64,000 nt of DNA from an uncultured Thermoleophilia bacterium (lineage in GTDB: Bacteria > Actinomycetota > Thermoleophilia > UBA2241). The DNA lies in the NCBI GenBank assembly GCA_963705085.1, contig CAVPIV010000004.1, forward strand, positions 181,028-245,027, in the 5' to 3' direction. Positions 28,301 through 35,569 of this stretch are shown piece after piece (position 1 is the first letter of the stretch; each line of letters starts with the position of its first letter). The translations under genes and the position numbers were made by a program. The notes under the pieces are model-generated. The model saw only the letters and a list, made by a program, of their open reading frames with translations. It had not been told where the DNA came from and did not search any database.

Positions 28301-31006
28301 GGTGGTCGCCGTCATCCCTTTGAGCTTGAGAGCAAACACGTAGCGTGTCGCCTTCTGGTACTCGAAGGTGGCGCCGAGGGAGAGATTGAGGTCGACGTTG
28401 ACCACGAAATCGATGCTGAAGCGGAACGCGATGACGCGCATCGGGTCGACGGCGCCCTTCTCGCTGTGGAGGCGCTTCTGGAAGAGCGTCACGTAGTCAT
28501 GCGTGTTGTCCAGCATCTGGTCATAGCGCTCGTAGAAGCTCTGCGCCTTCGCCTCGGCCTCGTCGGTCTGGAAGCTCTTCTTCTCGATCATCGTCTTGAT
28601 CTCTTTGGCGATGTCGATCGGATCGGGGCTGCTGGGGGTGGTGAGGTTGGCGGTGATGTAGATGCCAGTGAAGTTGTAGAGGTCGAAGTTGCCGGTGATC
28701 TGATAGTCGGAGATGTAAGGGATGAACCACTTCCACTTCCAGATCGCCCGGCCGGAAGCGGAGAGCGAGCTGCGGATCTCCTCCTTGAACGTGCCGCTCA
28801 GATCGATCTTCATGAGGCTCTTGCCGACGGTGACGCTGAACGTCACCGTGATCTCGCAGCCGAGACCGTTCTTCCCCGCGAAGTGCTCGAGGTCGGTGTA
28901 GATGCGCGCTTCGACCTTCGGATTGGGTTCGACGGCGATGTCGTCGAGCGACACGTCCTCAGGCAGGCCCGCCGCGCGCAGCTGGCTGCGGAACCCGTCG
29001 GTCTTGAGCGCCAGCGTTGTCAGGTAGTCCGCGGCCGAGTCGGCGAAGCCACTGTCGATGGTCTGCTGCTCGATGTCCGCCTCCATCGCGGCGACTTCCT
29101 CGGCGTCCAGAGCCGACTGGTAGTCAGTCTCGTACGAGGAGTAGAGCTCCATGGCCTGCGCCAGCTGGTCCTCGGTGACGGCGTCATAAGCGATGATGTA
29201 GTCGGCGCCGCTCGTCGCCACCGAGGTGATGACGGCGAAGGTGATCTGGGATGCGTCGGAGCCGAGCGTGCCGGTGTAGAAGGCAAGGTAGTCGCCGGCC
29301 TCGACCTTGGTCTCCGCGTCGAGGCCCATCTCGGCGAACTCCGTCCCCGTAAACGTCAGCAGGCTGATGGGGACGGTGATGGACGTGTTCGCGTCATTGC
29401 CGTCGAGGTCCGCGGTCCGCTCAACCGGCAGGACGTCCGGCATGAACAGCACGTCCTCGGCCTCGGCGGTCTGGTAGGTGACGGTGGCGCCGTCGATGCC
29501 GGTCACCTCCACGTAGGCGACGTCTTCGTCCGAGTAGTCCTCCGTCGGGACGCGCTCGTCCGGCGGCGTGCCGCTGTAGATGGCCAGCACGTCGCCGACC
29601 GCCAGCGGGTCCGCCTCTTCATACGTGAACGTGCCCGTCTCCGTGGCCTCGGGGATCTCGCCTTCGCCCTGCGTGTCGCCGGCCGTCATCAGCGGAATCG
29701 ACGGGCTGCTCGTCTTGACGCCGTTGACGGTCATGTCGCTGACCTTGTCCGACTTGAGGATCACTACATCGGGGTCGAGGACGAGATCCATGACCTCGTC
29801 CTTGTGGATCGTGAAGCAGTAGGTGCGGACGCTGTCCGACTCGCCGGCGAACGTGAGCGCGTCGTCCAGCAGCGTCAGCTTGTAGGAAGCCCCCCGCGCG
29901 TAGCCTCCTACGGCGGCGACCGTGAAGGCGCCGTCGCCGCCCGTGACCGAAAGGCCGTCGAAGGGCGTGTCGTCGAGCACCTCAAGCCGCAACGCGTCTT
30001 TGACGGCTTCGGCGGTCATGCTGTCAGATGATCGGACCTGGATTTCGAAGCCCGGCGCACGGTCCGCGGCGCTGGCGAAGACGTCCTCGTCTGTGCTCGG
30101 CGCCGCGGCGAGCGCCGCCCAGCGGGCGTGCAGGGTCAGGTTCGACGTGACGATCGTGTCCTCGGCGACGGCGTGTTCGAAGGTGTCGTCGTCGGTGTAC
30201 CAGCCGAGGAAGGCCGAATCGGCTTTGTTGGGCGCCGCCAGCTCGCCCAGCGCCTCGCCGCTGTTCCGTGTGATCGGGTCGAGGGGCTCGCCTCCATTGC
30301 TGTCGAAGCTCACGGTGACCGGTGGGGCGAGCGTGAAGTTGACCGTGTACGTCCGTCGCACGGTCGTGTCCTTCGTTGCCTTCGCCGTCACGACGACAGT
30401 CGCCGACCCGGGCAGGCTCCCCGCATTGGTCACCACGGCCGTCGCCGTCGGGTCGTTCGTGGTGGCCGTGACCGTGGGCGTTTGGACCGTGCCGAGCGGG
30501 AATGCGACGTCATAGGTGAGTGTGTAGGGAGAAAACCCCGTCACCGTCCGTGTGTTCACGCGCAGGTCGCTCAGCGTGGCGTCGGCCGGCGTGGCGAACA
30601 CCGTCCCAGAGTAAGGCGACCACTTCAGGTTCGTGTACTGCACTCTGAGATGGAAGGCATAACGGTGGTAGTTGGTCAGACCGCCGACCGTCCAGGTCGT
30701 CACGGACCGATCACGAATCTCTATCCTCTTCCAGCTGTCCTCGACGTCCGTCTGTACCTCTTTGTACTCGAGGACGTACATCAGGACGCTGTCAGCCGGG
30801 GCGGCGCTTCTCCAGGTGACGATCACGGAGTGGTTCTCGCCGACAGCCTTCAGGCTGTCCTTGGGCGCCGGGGAGAACTGGCCCGTGGTGGGAGCGCCAA
30901 GGGCGCTGACACAGAAGACGCTGAGAAGGCAGGCTGCAACTGCCAGAGCGAGAAGGAGTCTGAGAGCACGTGCTCCAATTGGGGGAGAAGACGTGTTCAC
31001 GCACAC
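25397..31006 (-). CDS. 1869-aa secreted surface protein: FN3, cadherin-like beta-sandwich, large central domain, InlB-B (Listeria-Bacteroides) repeats alternating with MucBP-like units
   Basis: Signal peptide; WTVGGLTNY (FN3); LSDLRVN...VTGFSP..LTY; repeated F.GWY...L.AKW and YRVxHYRQ...DGSTxVxYYYARNSY units. Confidence 0.8.
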   Translation of the reverse strand: MCVNTSSPPIGARALRLLLALAVAACLLSVFCVSALGAPTTGQFSPAPKDSLKAVGENHSVIVTWRSAAPADSVLMYVLEYKEVQTDVEDSWKRIEIRDRSVTTWTVGGLTNYHRYAFHLRVQYTNLKWSPYSGTVFATPADATLSDLRVNTRTVTGFSPYTLTYDVAFPLGTVQTPTVTATTNDPTATAVVTNAGSLPGSATVVVTAKATKDTTVRRTYTVNFTLAPPVTVSFDSNGGEPLDPITRNSGEALGELAAPNKADSAFLGWYTDDDTFEHAVAEDTIVTSNLTLHARWAALAAAPSTDEDVFASAADRAPGFEIQVRSSDSMTAEAVKDALRLEVLDDTPFDGLSVTGGDGAFTVAAVGGYARGASYKLTLLDDALTFAGESDSVRTYCFTIHKDEVMDLVLDPDVVILKSDKVSDMTVNGVKTSSPSIPLMTAGDTQGEGEIPEATETGTFTYEEADPLAVGDVLAIYSGTPPDERVPTEDYSDEDVAYVEVTGIDGATVTYQTAEAEDVLFMPDVLPVERTADLDGNDANTSITVPISLLTFTGTEFAEMGLDAETKVEAGDYLAFYTGTLGSDASQITFAVITSVATSGADYIIAYDAVTEDQLAQAMELYSSYETDYQSALDAEEVAAMEADIEQQTIDSGFADSAADYLTTLALKTDGFRSQLRAAGLPEDVSLDDIAVEPNPKVEARIYTDLEHFAGKNGLGCEITVTFSVTVGKSLMKIDLSGTFKEEIRSSLSASGRAIWKWKWFIPYISDYQITGNFDLYNFTGIYITANLTTPSSPDPIDIAKEIKTMIEKKSFQTDEAEAKAQSFYERYDQMLDNTHDYVTLFQKRLHSEKGAVDPMRVIAFRFSIDFVVNVDLNLSLGATFEYQKATRYVFALKLKGMTATTDQIELVDERYEVEFWVMGTLGVRAGLIFRIEFGLFTVDMASVGIDIETGPYVRLWGYFYYHLLHENAQTTSTTSGSLYTEIGIYLHLRFYAQASKGKYEFNPTLYNHEFPLWDTGNRMNIFNFSYVLTDATDDIHLKGNTTTYTLPSTVFSMKQMDLTKGDISVVPYTYGSGRFDITFSNSNFTQSNGVITVQKPVGQEITEGTMTVKWLGGNLAFTSVAPSRTYHVVWDNLADSYMISFNSVNGSLVSPIVGAYASSVTLPAPTRAGYSFGGWYENAEYTGAAYTATSMPARNVQLYAKWTATTNTAYTVRHYRQSLTGSYGDDPLLLETQPGSGTTDMQVTPEVKSYTGFTAPQTRTMSIKGDGSTVVDYYYARTSYQLTFSPQNGDPAIVKTVLYEGDMAAPAVVNTGWVFGGWYDNEACAGDPNAATTMPAANVHLYAKWTATPEYRVKHYRQTVDGSAYDLGAIQTFAGTPGASVTPAVNSYAGFTSPAPQTVTIAGDGSTLVEYYYARNSYKLTFKPQNGDEDVVSTVAYGAAIDAPAVTWTNHTFAGWYDSESFSGQPYAGTTMPAADLQLYAKWTVNPLYRVRHYRQTVDGSAYDLIATQTLRAAPGASVTPAVNTYAGFASPEPQTVTIAEDGSTVVEYHYARNSYKLTFKPQNGDADIVSMVPHGTAIEGARVRWADHVFTGWYSDEGLTSPYTFGTMATQPLTLYAGWVPSASLPLVITTTLSSGVDATVPGPWVHATITMTWNAPAGVVPTGTIRVTGFMPDGHSWVVAERAVTATATSPFSFVTTDQGLGRGEAWYGGVLGPGSYQFRAEYIPDASSTFVGAASEWERVTTQGSWTETTDVPADMPGKTLPSSRIAGTLASGDLADLFTIVLDPGDRIIMALSGGANMYYAQLELRQADGAWIDETDWPDRNRLIDYTVPLGTAQATYLVRMEHLTSYSVPATYDFTCRIIKGN
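26330..27400 (-). repeat. Three ~414-bp intragenic repeats
   Basis: Blocks starting near 26330, 26744 and 27160 share GTAGxxGTACTCGACGAxGGTGCTGCCGTC-type sequence. Confidence 0.8.
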
Positions 31007-31637
31007 ACCTCCGAGTCAAGAAACATGATTGACGATCACGATCAACAGCAGAATGTGGCGCTTCCTTGCACCGTCTCCAGACCCCCTCTTCCGCGCGTTC
31101 GCTGCACGCCAACGCGGCTCGCCATGTCGTGGGGAAGAAAGGAAGAAGGAGCGATCAGAGCACCGTTGGCGGTTGACTCTGCCGCTCCGCCTGCAGCTGG
31201 CTTTGTCGTTACCTAGACGACGGCGTCTGGATCCACCAGGTGACTCTCGCTCCAGCTGCTAATGCAGGCCTCCCGACCCATGGCGAAAACCGCGTCCCCA
31301 TCATGTATCGGCATTGCATCAGCCGACGTTGAGTACTCAGAGCGTCGGCGGCGCGCCGCCGGCGTGCGGCTCAGCGCGGTGATGGACGGCGGGCGCACTA
31401 CCATGTTGCGCGCGGGCGAGCGGCGGTGCAGCCGCTGCCCGTGCCGCGTGGTCAAGCCCGCGTAAGGTCCTTCGGCCTGCGGCTCACTGCGCGAGCCCGG
31501 GGGGTGTTGCTCGCTTGTGACGGCCGCCAGCCGTGGAGCTGTCCAGCATGTCCTGGCAGCCTGACGGCGAGACCGGCCAGCGGCCGGGTCTCGCCGATTG
31601 GTTTCTTCGCACTCAGGCGAATCGCCTGTGGACGGCT

Positions 31638-31769
31638 GCGTCGGCTGTTGGAGAAGGAGTGCTGGGCATGCTCCAGTCTCCCCGGCCGCCGTCGATCGAA
31701 TCGATGCTGACGGCCCTGCTCAACGAGATCGCAGCTCTCCCGCACGGTGTCGTCCTCGTGCTCGACGAC
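31638..31769 (+). pseudogene. Sliver of a third MalT-like regulator gene
   Basis: AVGEGVLGMLQSPRPPSIESMLTALLNEIAALPHGVVLVLDD aligns gap-free to 18470-18601, about 86% nt identity (manual). Confidence 0.88.
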
Positions 31770-31895
31770 AAGGGGCCGACCTGCCGCGAGGACGCAGGTC
31801 GCCCCTCCGGCGTCGCCGCGGTGCGGGATCGCCGACCGGTCGGACACACCGCCGGACGGCGACCTCGCTGCGGGCGAAAGGCTCAGACGTCGGCT

Positions 31896-32849
31896 TCAGG
31901 CGTCGGCCGCGTTCACCGTCACCGCCACGTTGCCGCGCTTGTGGCCGAGCTCGACGTAGCGGTGAGCGTCGATGATCTGCTCGAGGGGGTAGCACCTGTC
32001 GGTGATCGGCGTGATCGCTCGCGCCTCGACGAGTTCTCTCACCCTGTCGAGGCGCGCGGAGCTCAGGACGAGGGCGCCGTCGTCGATCGACACGTACGCG
32101 CCGCCGGCGGTCAGCGCTCGCTTGCACGCCTCCTTGAGCGCGGATGTCCTGCGCTTGCCGACCGCGTCCAGCACGACGTCGTACCGTCCCAGCTCGAGCA
32201 GCGAACGCTCGTCGGTGTAGTCCAGGGTCCTGTCTGCTCCCAGCGCGGTCACGAACTGAACGTTTCTCGCGCCGCACACGCCGGTCACTTCCGCCCCGAG
32301 GTGCTTCGCGTACTGCACGGCGAACGTCCCTGAGGTACTGGACGCTCCATAGACGAGCACCTTGTGGTTCGGTCTGACGCCGACCCTGTCGAGGTACTGC
32401 AGCGCCAGCAGGCCGCCGTACGCGGCCGCGGTCGCTGCCTCATGGCTCACGTTGCCCGGTTTGAGCGCGAGGCAGCCGCGCTTTGAGTCGTCTTCCTTCA
32501 TGCACGTGAAGTCCGCGTAGGCGCCGAGCGAGACGCCGGTGAGACCGAAGACCCGGTCGCCGACCTTGAAGCGCCGGATCCCGGCGCCCGCCTGGACGAC
32601 TTCTCCCGAGAGCACCTCGCCGATGATCTCGTTCCGCGGGCGCGTGATGCCGATCAGCAGGCGCATCGGGATGAGGAACCGCAGCGGGATGTCGGAGCCT
32701 CGGATGAAGATGTCGCTGTTCGTCACGGAAGTGGCGCAGACCCTGATCAGGACTTCGTCATCGGCCGGCACGGGCCGTGGGCGCTCCACGATCTTCAGCA
32801 CGTCGGCCGGGCCGTATCTGGTACACACGATGGCCTTCATCGACTCCAT
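31896..32849 (-). CDS. NAD(P)-dependent MDR-family oxidoreductase (Zn-independent, quinone reductase-like)
   Basis: MKAIVCTRYGPADVL, VLVYGASSTSGTFAVQYAK and RYVELGHKRGNVAV. Confidence 0.88.
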   Translation of the reverse strand: MESMKAIVCTRYGPADVLKIVERPRPVPADDEVLIRVCATSVTNSDIFIRGSDIPLRFLIPMRLLIGITRPRNEIIGEVLSGEVVQAGAGIRRFKVGDRVFGLTGVSLGAYADFTCMKEDDSKRGCLALKPGNVSHEAATAAAYGGLLALQYLDRVGVRPNHKVLVYGASSTSGTFAVQYAKHLGAEVTGVCGARNVQFVTALGADRTLDYTDERSLLELGRYDVVLDAVGKRRTSALKEACKRALTAGGAYVSIDDGALVLSSARLDRVRELVEARAITPITDRCYPLEQIIDAHRYVELGHKRGNVAVTVNAADA

Positions 32850-32876
32850 GGATACTCCTTCGTCGTGGGATGCCGG

Positions 32877-33641
32877 CTAGTTCGCGAGGCTCGGGTCCGT
32901 CAGGCGGGGTGGTGCCGAGGCGGGGACCCTCACGCCCCTGATGAGGAGCCACAGTGCCAGCCCCACTTCGGCCATAAGGCTCACGGCGATCCCGGGAGTG
33001 GTGATCTCCGGGTGGGCCGGGAGCAGCAGCGCTTGTGAGAACCAGACGAGGACGGCGACGCCGTCGGCGATGAGGAGGACGCCCAGGGTGCGGGGAAGGA
33101 TTCCCGACCTGTAGACCAGGTAACCGAGCGGGAACAGCCACGTGCCGAAGAACAGCTGCGCCGTGACGAAGCCCACCTTGTACACGCCGGCGGACAGGAG
33201 CCCCAGTCCCTCAAGTTGGGCCGCTGAGAAGGCCTGCATGTGGCTGCCCGCGTCGGCCATCAGCAGCGCGGCGAGCAGCGGCAGCATGCTCGCGCACTGA
33301 ATGGCGACGCCGACGGTGTTGAGCAGCAGGAAGAGCAACGCTAGCTCTTTGCCGACCGGTCGCAGAAGGATGTAGAGACCCCAGGCGGTCACAAGAAAGA
33401 GGAACGCCGAGATCAGCCCGACGACCAAGGCCAGACGGAAGGACGCGGGGTCTGTGACGACCGACTGGTAGACCTGCTGCGCTTCACCGAGCCCAACGTG
33501 CCCCAGCCTGTCCGCAAACACGGACGCCAGGATGAAGCCGAGGTAGCAGCCTCCCGTGATCCTGGCCACCTTGCTCTGCGCCGCTGTCGGCGCCTTCATG
33601 CCCGGATTGCCGGTCGTGGTGGTGGTTCCCTCCGCGTTCAT
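32877..33641 (-). CDS. DUF4386-family membrane protein
   Basis: ARITGGCYL, AQLFFGTWLFPLGYLVYRSGILPR and AEVGLALWLLIRGV. Confidence 0.85.
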   Translation of the reverse strand: MNAEGTTTTTGNPGMKAPTAAQSKVARITGGCYLGFILASVFADRLGHVGLGEAQQVYQSVVTDPASFRLALVVGLISAFLFLVTAWGLYILLRPVGKELALLFLLLNTVGVAIQCASMLPLLAALLMADAGSHMQAFSAAQLEGLGLLSAGVYKVGFVTAQLFFGTWLFPLGYLVYRSGILPRTLGVLLIADGVAVLVWFSQALLLPAHPEITTPGIAVSLMAEVGLALWLLIRGVRVPASAPPRLTDPSLAN

Positions 33642-33691
33642 GACGTGCTCCCTCTTCCGTGATGTTTGAGACGTGCAGACAAATCCCGGCG

Positions 33692-34231
33692 TCACGCCTG
33701 GAGCACGTCGGATCCGTACAGCCTCTTGTGGAGATAGCCGATGGCTATGCCAAGAGCGAGGAACCGTGGGACGTTCAGAGCCGTGCCGATGAAGAAGGCA
33801 CGCGCGGAATCACGCTCTATGCCAATCGCTGCGAGCCGAACCATGACGATGGCGGCGCCAAAAGCGACGCAGCTCAGCATCATCGACTTCAGGACCGGAT
33901 CACTCATTGGCAGCTTGGTGAAGAAGCGAAGCAGGACACCGCTGATGATGAATGAGAGGGCGATGCCGCCCACCAACGGTCCGACGAGAACGCCTTCGCC
34001 GTAAGAGATCGAGAACAGACTCCTGAATTCCGCGGCGATGGGCAGCAGGGAAAACGCGATGGTGGTTGCCCAGAATGCCAATCCTCCGCCTGCGGTCAGC
34101 ACGCAGATCTTCTTGACAGTGCCATGTGACGTCATTGTGGTCTGGTGTTTGTCTGCAGCCTGGCATTCCGGCGCCGTCGACCTGCTCTGGCCGATGGGAT
34201 TCGGGATCGTGGTGCTGTTGGTCGTGTCCAT
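33692..34231 (-). CDS. Hypothetical membrane protein
   Basis: Four hydrophobic segments, lower GC, RBS present. Confidence 0.5.
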   Translation of the reverse strand: MDTTNSTTIPNPIGQSRSTAPECQAADKHQTTMTSHGTVKKICVLTAGGGLAFWATTIAFSLLPIAAEFRSLFSISYGEGVLVGPLVGGIALSFIISGVLLRFFTKLPMSDPVLKSMMLSCVAFGAAIVMVRLAAIGIERDSARAFFIGTALNVPRFLALGIAIGYLHKRLYGSDVLQA

Positions 34232-34336
34232 GCGTCACTCCTGGTTCGGATCGGGTGGGCCGGTCGCATGGAGGGGGATCCGATCGATCGGGCGAAACGA
34301 CGGTGCCAGATTGCGGATCCGCCTCGGCAGACCGTG

Positions 34337-35110
34337 CTAGGCGGCCTGGCCGGTCACTGATGCGGCGAGCAACTTCATGCCGTCTCCCTCCGACGTGATG
34401 GTTTGGCCGGACGCCCGCGTGGCCGGATTGAACCCCTTGGCGATCAGCCACACCCCCAGGGCGATCTCCTGCACGAAGATGAGGGAGTTCGCGACGAGGT
34501 TGACCGGCGTGAGGCCGAGGTGCTGGGTGAAGCCGGAGTAGACCGTCGCGCCGAGACACAGCGCGGCTCCAACGAGACCCCAGCCCGACAGCCAGCGAGG
34601 AACGAGTCTTGCCTTGTACAGGAGGCAGTAGTACATGAACGCGCCGGCAAGCCACGCCAACGACATGACGTAGCCGTGGGTCCAATCCCGGGCCGCCAGC
34701 AGACTCGAACCCACGGCTTCGAACGACGACGCGTCGCCAGGTGCCCCGGCGACGGATTGCCGGCTCACGCTGAGGAGCGTCAGCAGGCCGATCATGCCGA
34801 CAAGGACCAGTGCGCCCTCGACGGTTCTGGCCGCCACGGATCCGAGGGCCACGCCCCGATTGTGCTTCCGCAAGACCGGATACAGCCCAATGGCGATGCC
34901 CGCGGCGGTGATGGCCCACACGAACTCGACGAGCGCTCCCGCGACCACCCGGTCGTCATGCGCGGCCAGAATGGTGAGGTAGTTCGGGGCGTCGAGCAGC
35001 CGCGCCGTGACGACCGCGCTCAGGATGCTCGTGGCCGTGCAGAGGATGAAGAGCAGGCCCACGACCACGGCGGTCCTTCTGTGGGGGGAATATGTAGGGT
35101 TTGCGAGCAT
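34337..35110 (-). CDS. DUF4386-family membrane protein
   Basis: RRTAVVVGLLF, YKARLVPRWLSGWG and EIALGVWLIAKGFN; closest to 21352-22077. Confidence 0.85.
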   Translation of the reverse strand: MLANPTYSPHRRTAVVVGLLFILCTATSILSAVVTARLLDAPNYLTILAAHDDRVVAGALVEFVWAITAAGIAIGLYPVLRKHNRGVALGSVAARTVEGALVLVGMIGLLTLLSVSRQSVAGAPGDASSFEAVGSSLLAARDWTHGYVMSLAWLAGAFMYYCLLYKARLVPRWLSGWGLVGAALCLGATVYSGFTQHLGLTPVNLVANSLIFVQEIALGVWLIAKGFNPATRASGQTITSEGDGMKLLAASVTGQAA

Positions 35111-35132
35111 CCCGTCCTCCGCTTCCTTCTGG

Positions 35133-35388
35133 TCAGGGTGTCGTGCCGGGCCCGACCGGATTGACTGAGATCAGGGGAACGCCGAGGTCGCGCACCCTCC
35201 TCAGGAGTCCGTGCAGCGCGGCCTGGTCGACGACCGGTCCGGTCAGGAGGGTGTCGCCGTTCTCTTCCGGCGTGACGGTCGAGTCCGGGGAACCAATCTG
35301 CCCAGGTGCGATCGAGCTGGCCCTTGATCCTGATCTCGTAGATCAGCGGTAGCTCTTGATCAGCTGCGGGATCAGGTCTGTTCGGCAT
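35133..35388 (-). pseudogene. Paralog of the 78-aa protein, +1 frameshift near 35280
   Basis: IYEIRIKGQLDRTWADWFPGL, then in the next frame TVTPEENGDTLLTGPVVDQAALHGLLRRVRDLGVPLISV. Confidence 0.85.
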
Positions 35389-35480
35389 CGGCCTGTGTCC
35401 GTTCTCGCGGGTGATGACGGTGCATGCCATCTGCTCGGTGTACGGACAGTCTGGGCGCGCCGACGCGTCGCCGGTAGACA

Positions 35481-35517
35481 CTTCGGTGTGAGCCGGAGTG
35501 TTGTTCTGAGTGTTGTT
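35481..35517 (-). promoter_or_regulatory. Tandem boxes upstream of the second small gene
   Basis: Minus strand AACAACACTC twice, 12 bp apart, then CACACCGAAGTGTC. Confidence 0.45.
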
Positions 35518-35569
35518 TCTGGGTGGTGAGGGGAGGGCCGGGAGGCCGGCGGGGCGTGGGAGCCGGCGT

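Noticed and set aside
26516-30031. 1171-aa + strand ORF, and similar long shadow ORFs (44188-48573, 40796-42532, 55487-57316)
   Set aside because: Antisense or alternate-frame shadows of real genes caused by GC3 bias; no motifs and low-information composition.
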